This document shows positions 51,591 to 62,483 of a stretch of DNA of 62,483 bases, in pieces. Below the pieces are notes generated by a model. That model did not search any database, was not told where the DNA came from, and saw only the letters and a list, made by a program, of their open reading frames with translations. Each line of letters begins with the position of its first letter. Position 1 is the first letter of the stretch. Both the position numbers and the translations under genes were made by a program. The stretch is from positions 1,739,884 through 1,802,366 of the forward strand of contig MU054001.1 in assembly GCA_013239625.1 (NCBI GenBank), given 5' to 3'. This DNA is from Lama guanicoe. Its lineage: Eukaryota.

Positions 51591-52979
51591 ATACTATATT
51601 ATGGATAATGTCCGCTCTCTATTTTCTAAATAATTTCTTCTCTCATGAGCTGTGTCTAATCTGTTTCTCCAACAGAACGTTTAACCCATTTGTTGAGTTC
51701 TAAATTTCAATGACAGTATTTTCCACTTTCAAATTTAATATAATTCTTTTTCGTATGTTGTTAGTCTTTTAAAATCATATCTTGTCTTTCTTTTGTTCTT
51801 GGTTCTTTCTTTAACATCTTTAATCATTTAAAAATGTATTTATTTTCAATTTCAAGAGAGCTATTATCAGAAGTTCTTAGGGATCTAATCTTTTCCTCTG
51901 TTGTATTTGCTAACATTTACTCATGGTAAATTATTCTTCATATATTTAAAATTCTGGGATTTTGACCTCATTTTATGGAGGTCTTTATCTTGTGTAATCT
52001 AAGTTGAAGTTGTTTCTTCTAACAGTTCTTTTTCTTTGTTTTTACCAGGAACCTTGAGGGTATTACCAGCCTGGGACCTCACTTTATATTACATTTTTGG
52101 CTTAAGGGTTCCTGGACCGTGCAGATTAAGTAAAAGAATTCAAACCATAACCTTTAAGAGAAGGTAGGCCTATGGCTATGAATTCTCAGAAGAAACAATT
52201 TTCTCCCTACCCAGAGCCCATGCTGAGATAAATTTCCTTGTTTCCCTGTGCTGTTTGGCAGAAAGTACCACCCTTTCTCCTCAGTGCCCAGCTCCTGTAG
52301 TTCAGGCAGCTTCTTCAGGGTCCTGACTTTACTGGATTTCAGTTCTCACTGCTATACACCTAAGCCTCACCTCTTGTCCTCACAGAGGCATCAAAAACCA
52401 AGTCCTTTGGCAACCAAGACCAGCAAACCCTACCTGACTGCCATAGCATTGTCTAGTCTTTTACCATGCTCTCACAAATATTATAGAAATTCCTCACCTC
52501 TTTTAACATTTCCCCAACCCAACAGATTATTTTCTGTATTTTGATCCAACTCTTCTTCCTTTTGACTTTCTATAGTAGCTCAGAATTCCTCTAGGCTCCA
52601 TCATCAATTTCAAACCGCTTTATGCAGGTATAGTTTCTATCTGTTGCTGTGTACCTCTAGTATCTAGCTCTCACCCTGCTTTGGGATTTTGCCCTTGAAC
52701 ACTGTTTCTTTGGTTCCTAGTAGTGTTGCATGTTGGCAAGCACCATTTTATCCATATGTCCATACCAGCCTCCAGCTTGTCTAGGAGAGATCAAGCAAAT
52801 TCTTTCTGAAAGGTTATTTGTGATGTTTTTCAGCCTAAGTTGATCACTAACTTAGCTAATCTTCTGGGGAATTAGGCATAACAAAAACATATGAGGGAAA
52901 AACACAAAAAAGAAAATGCAAACAAAAGAAAACATGGATAACTAGAATTGAAGATTTAAGAATATGATCCAAAGCATAC

Positions 52980-53037
52980 CTCTATATCGTCTTTAAAGAG
53001 AGCTGGGGCAGGTTTGTATTCTGGATCTTCCACATCC
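52980..53037 (-). CDS. CHD9: CHD9 coding exon
   Basis: taacag|GGATGTG...ATAGAG|gtatgc; 58 nt; DVEDPEYKPAPALFKDDIE; phases match neighbours. Confidence 0.92.
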
Positions 53038-53684
53038 CTGTTAAATACCAACAAATGTTATAATTAATGTACTAAACTTAAAATTTCTCTAGGCAGGACA
53101 GACAAATGAGGTATTGTTGGAAGGATTTTTTAGTGTGTTTCAAAGACAGACTGAAGTTTCTGTTCTTTAGCCAGAGGACCAAGTACAGGTCCAATAGTAT
53201 GAAGGCTATTGTATGGCAAGTCAGAAGAAACCTAGTTCTAATTTACTCTTACTCTCAAGTTCACTTATGTGATATTATCAACCTTATTATAGTCTCTTAC
53301 TTTTCACTTTTGATAAGAAAAGAAAGGTAATACAGGCCTTATAATAGGTATAATGAACAATATCATATTTCTCCTCAATTGTAATATTCTTAGCTTTCTC
53401 TTTCCTCTTATGCCCCTAAAATTTTATGGTCTCAATTGCCATGACCATTAAGTATGGAAAAATGAAGAACAACTCATCAAAAGAATGAGGTGAGGAAGGT
53501 CCAGTTTCTTCCTTGATCACAGTCTGTTGCACAAGTGCTAACTTATTAGAGTATCATTAGCTCCTTTGGATTGTAAACTCCAATTTTCTTACTACTACAT
53601 TATTTAAAGATAAACATCACTGCCATAGAATATGCTGATGTTGACAGAGATATATGGAGAACTCATGACTCTGAATGCACGTAC

Positions 53685-53802
53685 CCATCCATATAATCAT
53701 TCGCCCTCTGTTCTGCAGCAACTGCTTTCTCATCAGGTTTTCCCACTCTTTCCAAAAAGCATAATGCTGGGTCTGCTCGGATAGTGTTATATTTTTCATA
53801 AC
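53685..53802 (-). CDS. CHD9: CHD9 coding exon
   Basis: ctccag|GTTATG...GGATGG|gtacgt; 118 nt; [39 protein letters not shown]. Confidence 0.95.
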
Positions 53803-54298
53803 CTGGAGAGACCACCAATTATGAAAGTTAAAAGGGTAAAAAGGAGAAAAAATATAAATATAAATATTCTTCATATTTATGATGGAAGATGCTCCTGGAC
53901 TAAAGGGACTGTATGTTAAAATTATATAGGCTAAACATTTTTCTAGAAACTAACATAAACCTTACATGGTCTGGCAATATGTATATTTAAAAATCTAGAT
54001 TAAATTTATTAGTTAAAATAAAAAAGGAAAAACTGATCATACACAATATATTTCACATAAAAGCTCTTCCTGAGAGGGGAAGTTATGTGACATTTATATA
54101 TAGAAGGGACAGGTCAAATATGCCACCCTTTATGAGGAAATGTAGTGACTGGTAGACATAGTTTAGGAGTATATGCTTTATATGATGTATATAATAACAT
54201 GGGTGTTACTGGAATAAAGCTGTAAGTGGAAATCAATAAACCGAGCAGCTGAATTACACTATACATAGAAGACTCTACCTACCTTACTTCTCACTTAC

Positions 54299-54402
54299 CA
54301 TGCTTAAAAACTCCTATAAGGAGTGACTTATCAGCATCAAAATCCCACCATTCAGCAGGAACTTCTGAGTGGTCTGGTTCTGGGACCCAAACATCAATGT
54401 CA
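54299..54402 (-). CDS. CHD9: CHD9 coding exon
   Basis: tttaag|TGACATT...AAGCATG|gtaagt; 104 nt; [35 protein letters not shown]. Confidence 0.95.
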
Positions 54403-56024
54403 CTTAAAAAAAACCATGATACGACTTTATGAGTTATCATAAACAAGTCTAAGGGGAGGTGAAATTTTATATAGCTTCTAAAAAACATTGTGGTTTTTAA
54501 GAAAAAGAAATCCTATTTAATTGTTTTTTTTAACTTTTCCACAATTACCACCAATTAAAATTACAAAATTGCACAATAACAACAAAGATACCATAAAATG
54601 AATTAATATTCTTAATCACAATACAAAAAGTAAGTTTCAACCCGTTTACTTTACTCGTATCATATTCTTTTTATTGATTTCTTTGAGATACAAGCAAAGG
54701 GCTTTATCAGAAAGTAGATACTTATGTCAGCAAACAGCTTGGCAAAAATCATCTGGTTCAAATATTTCATTTTGTGTATGAGGAGACTGAGGCCCTAAAA
54801 AGGTAAATGAATTGCTCTAGACTGTAAAATAAGTTACATCTCTTCTAGACCACTACTGCTAGGAAAATCACATGGAAAAATTAAGCACTGTCTACAGGTA
54901 AAGGAAAATGCAAGTTTTTGATTCGTAATTTGATTAAAACACTCAAAGTGCTATTTTTATGCTGTATATAAATACCATGCCACAAAATGACAATAAGGCA
55001 CTAAAAATTAAAATGATAAATCCATAGTGCTTTGGTAATTTGGTGGTTTTCATTAGTATGAAACAACTACAGCACCTGTAATTTTATAAATTTAATTTTC
55101 TTTTACTTTGCTTCTCACTTGAAATTATTATTTTCCCAGAAACATTCTGCAAGTAACACATATAACATCTCTAAAAAGGAGAAGATGCCATGTATAGAAG
55201 GACTGAGAAAAGTCATGGGGCAACAGTTCATTTGTAAGTTGGTTGCCACTGGGAACTCAAAATAAATTTTCATATAGATATAAAATGATAAATGGTCAGT
55301 ATGTTCCTGGGCTAGTCCACAAGAACCCAATATTTAACCACTAACATAGCTGAAATAAAAGACATTGGTAATGAAAAAGAAAGATTTACAAATTTTATAA
55401 TAAAACATTAAAAAATGGAAACAAATATTATTTTTATTTTTCATAAGTTTTTTTGCCAGAAGACAGAAAGAAAACTTTCAGGACTTTAAATGCACACCTC
55501 ATTAAATCTTATTTTGCTAAAAAAGGGGTCACAATCACAAATTTTTTTAGTTTTAGTGCAGAAAAAGAGGAAGAGTGATTTTCCTGTGATATGGCAAACT
55601 TAGATGAGGAAAAATATAGTTAAAGAAGATATTTTTGATTGCATTCCTGGCCAGGATTAAACAAAGCAAAAGCACTGAAATATAAAGGAAAGGGGAATGA
55701 ACTCTGGAGGTAGGATCCCTAAGAGGAAAAAATTAAGTGGGTCAGATACTGTAGTTCCCCTTACCAACCATCAGGTGGCACCCTAAGCTCAAAACATTGT
55801 GACTGTCATCTAAGGTGGAAGGTTTTCCTGCTTGTAAACAGTAAAAGGGACTCAGTATATACCTCATGGTTTAAACATAAGTGCCATATACACGTTAAGT
55901 GTTCATTAACTGCTGGGGAAGAAATATAACAAGGTGCATGTACTCTTGTTGTTGATTTCTGGTTTTAGAGATTAGATCACGTGCTATCTCTTGCATAACG
56001 CCTCCTTTAACTTCTCCAGGCTGG

Positions 56025-59000
56025 AACATTCATTCAAAATAGATTTTAACAGTATTCGCTATGTGCCAGTAATGGCAATAATAAGACAGTTACACCTCTG
56101 TCTTTGAGAAGAGGTACCTGCAAACTTGTGATGAGTGCTGTGACAGGGTACTCTGGGTATGTGCTTAAACCAGCCTTGAGAGGACAGGGACACTGAGTCG
56201 ATGTCGGCTGAGCAATAAGCAGTGGAATATGGAGGAAAGGGGGAAAAAGAATGTTTCAGCAAGAATGCAAAAGTTTGGAAGTATTAGTAACTATGGTACA
56301 TTTGAGAAATGTGGATCTGAAGTTCAGAAGAGAAGTGGGCTGGAGATAGATTTGGACATCACCAGTATAGAAATAAAAATTGATGCTGTGGAAGAGATAA
56401 GACCCAAGAAGATGGACAAGAAGAGATGGCCAAGTGAGGACATATTAGAGACAGGTGGAAGCAAAGCCCGAAAAGGAAAAGTGGTAAGCAGAAAGCTAAA
56501 AAGAAAATCTACAGGAGAATGGTATCACAGAAGCCTTCTAAGAAGGAAGTGGTCACAAAAGGTAAAGTAAGATAAATGCTATGATATATCCATGAAATTT
56601 AGCAGCAATGTGGATGAAGAACTTCTTAAAGTAGATAGTGGAGTGAGGGGTAGAAGCTGAACTGCAGTACAATGTACAGTGAACGGGGAGAAGAGAAAAA
56701 AAAAAGGGACAGCAAATTTTTTTTTTAACGGCAGAAGCTTTTCAAAAAAATTTACTTTTATATACAGTGGCTAACATTTGTAACTCTCAAACTCCCAAAT
56801 TTATCCCTTCCTACCCCCTCTCCCTAGTAACGTAAGATTGTTCATATGTCTGCGAGTCTGTTTCTGTTTTATAGATGAATTCAGACTGTCTTTCTTTGTT
56901 TTTTAGATTCTACATATGAGTGATATCATATGGTGTTTTTCTCAGATACTTCTTAAATGAAGTTTGGCTCTGAAATCAAGGAGAGTAAATAATACGGTAG
57001 TCTGAAGAGAATGGGGTCCAAAAATGGGGTGTGTGTGTGTGTGTGTGTTGAGGGAGATGTGTTAAAATCCAAATGAGAAGCCAGAGAGGGAGAGATTAAT
57101 GAATGAGAATAATTCACAGATCGCAGTTCCTGGGAAATTACAAGGGGATCAAATCCAGTCAGACCAAGGGAAAAGAGGAGCCAATTAGTCAACAACTATT
57201 TACTGGGCAGTTACTATTTCTAGAGGCTGGGAGTACAATGATCAATAAGACAGCCAGCATACTTCACCTTCAAGCAGCTTAAATTGTAATGAGAGGAGAA
57301 AGAAAATTTAAAAATAAATATAATTTTTAATAGTAATAGGTATCATGAATAAGATCAAATAAGGTTAAGTAATAGTGAGTGACTGGTGGTCTGCTTTAGC
57401 GAGGGTAGGCACGGAAGGCCTGTCGGAGGAGGTGAAACCTGATTGAGATCGCCTGACATGCTGAAGGAATAGAAACACTGGTGTGACTAGAGGACTGTGG
57501 GAGAAGGACAGAGGGGAGAAGGAGGTCACAGAGCTATGCAGGACAAGTAGGACTGGATCTTATACTAAGAGAAATGAGAAGCATTTGCAAGGTTTTAAGA
57601 AGGGGAGTGCCATGGCCTGATTTTTGCTTTAGAAAGATCACTCTGCTGCTGTGTGAAAGTCAGACTGTAGAGAGGCAAAAGAGGAGGCAAAGAGACCCAA
57701 TTAGGAGGTCACTGCAGAAGTCTAACCATGAGATAATGGTGGCATGGATTAGCAGAGGAGATAGTGAAAAGTGCTCAGATTTGTCATACATTTTGTCAAG
57801 CTAATGGGTCTTCTATAGGGTCCGAGGGGAAGAGAGAAATCAAGAATGATATCAGAGCAACTGGGTGGTAAATTTACAATGGAGAAGGCCTGTATATGGG
57901 AAGGTGGGGAGGAAGGAATTGGAAGCCAGAAGATTTGGGAGATGAAGGGGAAGTTTGAGATAATTAGATTTTCAAGTGGAAATGTTCAGAGGCAGCTAAT
58001 TCAGAGTTTAGTACTCAGGGGAAAGGTTTGCGATGAATACGTAAATTGGAAAATCATGTGTGTATACATCGTATTTGTTATGATGATGCTACATGAGTTT
58101 ACCTAAGAAGGAAGTACAGACAAGAAAGAAAGCTGAGGACACAGCTAGGGGTCAACTCAATATTTAGAGATCTATTAGAGGAAGAAGAGTTAGCAAAGGA
58201 AAATGGAAAGACGAGTGAGGAAAAAAGGACAATCAGGTGGGTACAGCAGCACAGATGCCTACTGTGATGCCTATTTCAAGAGAGAAGTTTAGAGACTGGT
58301 CACATTGTAGGTCATCAGTAAGAGAGTGGGGATGAAAGATTAACTGGAGTAATAAAAATTAATTTAGAAGAGAAAACACAAGGTAAAGAAGTAGAGACAG
58401 TCAGCACAAACAGCTATTCTTGTGAGTGGGAGCAGAGAAATGGAGTAGTAAGTAGGCTGTATGTATGTCACAGGGGGTTCTTTTCTTTTTTAAGTGAATG
58501 ATATTAAGGAATGAGAATGGTTCAGCAGGGAGGGGGAAAATGATGATTCAGGAAAGAAAGGTGATTACTACAGGAGTAAAGTCCCTAAAAGGTTAAGAGG
58601 AGTTCCAAGCACAAGGGTTGCTCTTGGGAGGAGGAAGATTCTACTACAAACTGAGGGAAGGAATAAATAGGGGGACACATACGACAAACAGAACTCAAGG
58701 TACCCCTTATCTGACTGCATCTTCTCCATGAAATACACAGCAGAGTCATCTGATGCTGGTAGGATGGGAAGACGGTTTGAGGAGAGATGCATGGAATGGT
58801 CTTCTTAAAGAGCAGGAAAGTGAATTTACTGGCAGTGGTGGTTAAACAGACTGTTTGTGTTTAATCTCATTTTAGATCAATAATCATACATTTGAAGTGA
58901 GTCATTCAGCAGACTTTGCTTGATTTTCTTCAGAAATGTTCAACTGCTTCAGTATAGGCAAAAAGTAAATGGGTATTTGGGTTCATTGTGATTTGGGGTT

Positions 59001-59400
59001 GAGCCCCTTATGAAGAACTGAGGCAGGCAAAGAATTTTAGTTAGTATAGTGCTGGACTACAGAATGCAGTTTAATAATGAAAAAAGTGGGGCATGAAAGT
59101 GGTGATGGATAGTGAGCAGTAAGATGTGGGGACATTATGATGAAGTTAGAGAATTAGTGAAAAGTACCCAAGTTAAATGAGCTGGAGGTAAGTGACAGTC
59201 AAAATCCATATTGAAGAGCTAATACTTTTATTGGTGATGGCAAGATTAAGTATATGACTGTGGATGTGTGGCTGTGGTAGAAAAAGAAATGCTTGTAGAT
59301 AAGGTCAAGGAACTGAGAGATTAGGGTTCTGGATGGATCACATGTGGATGTGAAAGTCACCATAAAACCTTTCACACTGTAGTAAGAGGGAAGAAGATTA
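56025..59400 (-). mobile_element. Cluster of L2 relics, with an L1 3' fragment at about 56755-56943
   Basis: cattcattca L2 end; tttagaaagatcactctgctgctgtgtgaa and related purine-rich L2 motifs. Confidence 0.6.
57029..57048 (+). repeat. (GT)10 microsatellite
   Basis: Direct reading of the sequence. Confidence 0.9.
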
Positions 59401-59661
59401 AGTTTTAGATTTGGTGGCAGGAAGCTACTACTAATGTTGATGTTATTATTCTTATTATGTTATAACTTTCAGTGACAGGGCAAAAGATGAGATTAATCGA
59501 GAAAAGGCTACAAATTGGCAAGGGTTAATCTAATTTAGGTAGATTTTTCTTCCTGTGAATTTCATTGAATATGGAGCCATTTAATATACAATTGTCTGGT
59601 CATTTAACTTTTTCCTCATCATGTTACTGAAAAATAAATATAAACATGTTATTTAATTTAC

Positions 59662-59751
59662 CTCGCATCAACTCCATCAAATACTTTCTGACACTCATTT
59701 CCAATGACTTCTTGTTTTAGATAATACAGCATTCTTACACGAAGCAAAACT
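59662..59751 (-). CDS. CHD9: CHD9 coding exon
   Basis: ttctag|AGTTTTG...GATGCGAG|gtaaat; 90 nt; [30 protein letters not shown]. Confidence 0.95.
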
Positions 59752-60186
59752 CTAGAAATGAGGGAAAAGAAATCAAAAGACACAAAGATATTAATCATTG
59801 AAGAAAATTCATCCATGGAGTTAAAATTAAAAAAGAATTTGTATACAGAATTTTTATAATGAAATAATTACTTCTGATTAAATAAATCTCATTACTACCA
59901 TATATATAAAATAGGTTTCTCCAAAATCTTCACAATCATCATTATTTAATATCCAAGTAAGATATAATGAGATCATTTGGAGGCCAGTTTTATTTCTTTC
60001 TCTGTTGATGAAAACAGTGACACAAGAGGTAGCAAGATTTGCTGAAGGATACCCTGTAAGATTAAGATTAGGATTGATCCTAGACCACACTGTCTCTGTA
60101 CTCAAAATCAGCATGCTTTAAGATTGTTAATAAATTCAGAAAAGTAAACTTGCAACAAGTTGTGTTAAAAATACCCTACTACCTAC

Positions 60187-60346
60187 TTATTACAGTGGTG
60201 TTTTATATGCTTTTTGTAGCCTTCATCTTGAAGCAGCTGCTCTGGATTGTATTTACGTAGCCATTCTGCTTTCTGTATATCAAATGAGCTTGTTTGTGTC
60301 TTTACTTTCTTCCCTTTTCGACCTCTGGGTACAGGAGCTGACAGGC
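60187..60346 (-). CDS. CHD9: CHD9 internal coding exon (first in window; gene begins beyond window end)
   Basis: taacag|GCCTG...TGTAATAA|gtaggt; 160 nt; [54 protein letters not shown] (CHD6-9 conserved region). Confidence 0.95.
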
Positions 60347-62483
60347 CTGTTAAAATAAGGACACATGAAACCAGTGATAATTTGGATCTTCATTTGCAAC
60401 ATATTTTCGATGCAGGATATTTCTGGAAACTTTCAGGTCTGTGCAGAGATCTTTGAAATATTAACGGTAACAATGCTAACCTAATCACAAGGTAAGTCCT
60501 CATGATAGCTATACATACATTAACACAATTTCCCCCCAAACACCCAACAATTCTCTATCTCAAATTAATCATTCTGATTACCTTTTTTTGTTTCAAAATA
60601 CATTTTTTTCCCAAATGCAAAAACTAAAAGATCAAACCTGTCCCTCTGCTTTACTTTTTGCTTTTTTAGTTATTAAAAAAAAAAATTGTGCAGCCTCCTG
60701 ATTTTCAGAACTGACTGTTACTAATAACATGGATTAGGTTTTGTGGGTTCCTGTTTAAGAGAACTAAATTCATTTTATTTCTTCGACATTTTTGTTGTGA
60801 AATATGTCAAAAATATAAAAGCTATTCCAACTCTTAATCTTAACATATTCCATATTCGGTCAGTTTTTTACTAAAGGAAGTAATAGTTAAAGTCCAATTC
60901 CTTCCCTCCTCCCTAAGATAGTCGCTATCTTGAATCTGTTTTTCATTTCATGCATGCTTATACTCATGTGTTGGGGAAATATTTAGCATTTAAGTTTTCA
61001 AACATTGTAAGTATAATTCTGCAACTTACTTATTACTTTTTTTTTGAGATTTATACTTGCTGATTCACAGAAGCTCTAATTCATCCATTTTAACTGCTAC
61101 GTAAACATCTATACTATGACTATATTGCCTTCAATGATGCTTGTGTTGTTTCACTTACAATTTTTCATAATTACGAATAATGCAGTTTTGATTCTTCCTT
61201 TCAAATCTCAATTCTTATCTCATATATCTTTTATCTGCCATATTCTTCTAGCTAGGAATGATCACAATGCCAACTAGAAGCACTATGTAGATTTGTCCCA
61301 TTTTTCCTTAAGTTTTTGGTGGGTTTTGCTTTTATACTTTGAGACTTTTGTTCAGGTCATACAGGTTCATATTTGTTATATCTTCTTTTATGGATTGGTC
61401 TTTTTTATTATTATGTAGTGTCCCTTTTTCATCTCAATTAATGTTTCCACCTTAACGTATATTTATTCTATGTTAACAACATTCTGTATTCTAGTCCTAT
61501 TTACCCTTGTTGGTTTGGAAATTAAATAGTGCATTTTAAAAAATACACATATTGAAATTTTCCTAATAAATATGGAGATGTTTATATTTTTAAACATTTC
61601 CCTAACACAATTTTCTTATATTCATCATTTATAATCTTAAGTTATTTTTTCATTTTTGCTACATGTTAATTCGTAATTTAAAAGAGGTCTGTTTGTGCTT
61701 TGTTTCTACAGCACTTTATTCTTCTTTCAAAATCACAGTATATTTGAAGTATCTCTGCAGATACTAATATGATAGTTTAAAAAAAGTTGCCTTCTTTCAT
61801 AGCCTTTGTTTCCTACAAGTTCATTTTAACGGTTTGTTTTTGGTCTCTCATGTTGGAGACTTTCTTCAGATGTCTGATACCCTTGGTTATTTGCTTATAT
61901 TAAGAATGACAGAAAAGTTCACAGGTAGTCTGAATGGGTAGAGCTCACTGTTGACTCTTTGAAGGGTAATCTGGTTGGCTTTTTCCCATCATTATCTTTA
62001 GGATTCACCAAAGAAAAGTCCTTAATTTTCTTCCTTGAGTATGATATTATCCAGTATACATACTCATTTAGTAGCTCCATGCTGCAAATACCAATGTCAC
62101 ACAGAGACTGTTTTGTCTTTCCCAGACAATAAACTTTCATTCAGTCTTCACTGTGGCTACATGGAGTTGAAGAAGGTATTTAGGGCTCTGACGTCCTTTT
62201 AAACAACTTTTAATCAAAGCCGCTGTCCTTTACACCCATTTTCAGGTTACTGATGTCACAAACTCCTGAAACTTTTGGGTAATCTGTGAATCAAATCAGT
62301 TGGTTTTTGCCTTTTCCTCCTGATGACCTAAGATTCAGCCTTTCTCTGGTTGGTTAAGTTAGTTTTTAATCTAATGCTTCCAGGTTCCCAAATTCATTTC
62401 CCATTCTCTGCACTTTTTTTTTTTTTACATTTTTATTGATTCATAATCATTTTTCTTTGTTTTTTCATATTCCTTTTTTTATT

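Noticed and set aside
1..62483. CRISPR-like array or prokaryotic-type system
   Set aside because: No regularly spaced repeat-spacer array; the window is spliced mammalian genes plus interspersed repeats.

Overview
Mammalian genomic DNA, probably a camelid, judging by tRNA-Ala-derived vic-1-type SINEs and cetartiodactyl-type L1 3' ends. Two protein-coding genes lie in tandem on the minus strand. The first is the last 17 coding exons and 3' UTR of CHD9 (60346 down to about 21660); I traced these by hand into one continuous frame of 3986 nt with GT-AG boundaries throughout. About 13 kb downstream are the CpG-island promoter and exons 1-3 of RBL2/p130 (8124 down to 2859). Introns and the intergenic gap are filled with L1, L2, MIR, MaLR/ERV LTR and DNA-transposon relics; repeat subfamily names are from recall and repeat boundaries are approximate. 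I found no convincing new biological system. The best second-look items are: a young L1 nested in an old L1 and carrying an identical 547-bp internal tandem duplication; a perfect 81-bp intronic duplication; two short sequences repeated about 1 kb away; alternative splice sites in CHD9; a uORF overlapping a CHR element at the RBL2 5' end; a nearly intact tRNA-Ala SINE head; and a possible retrocopied mRNA 3' end.
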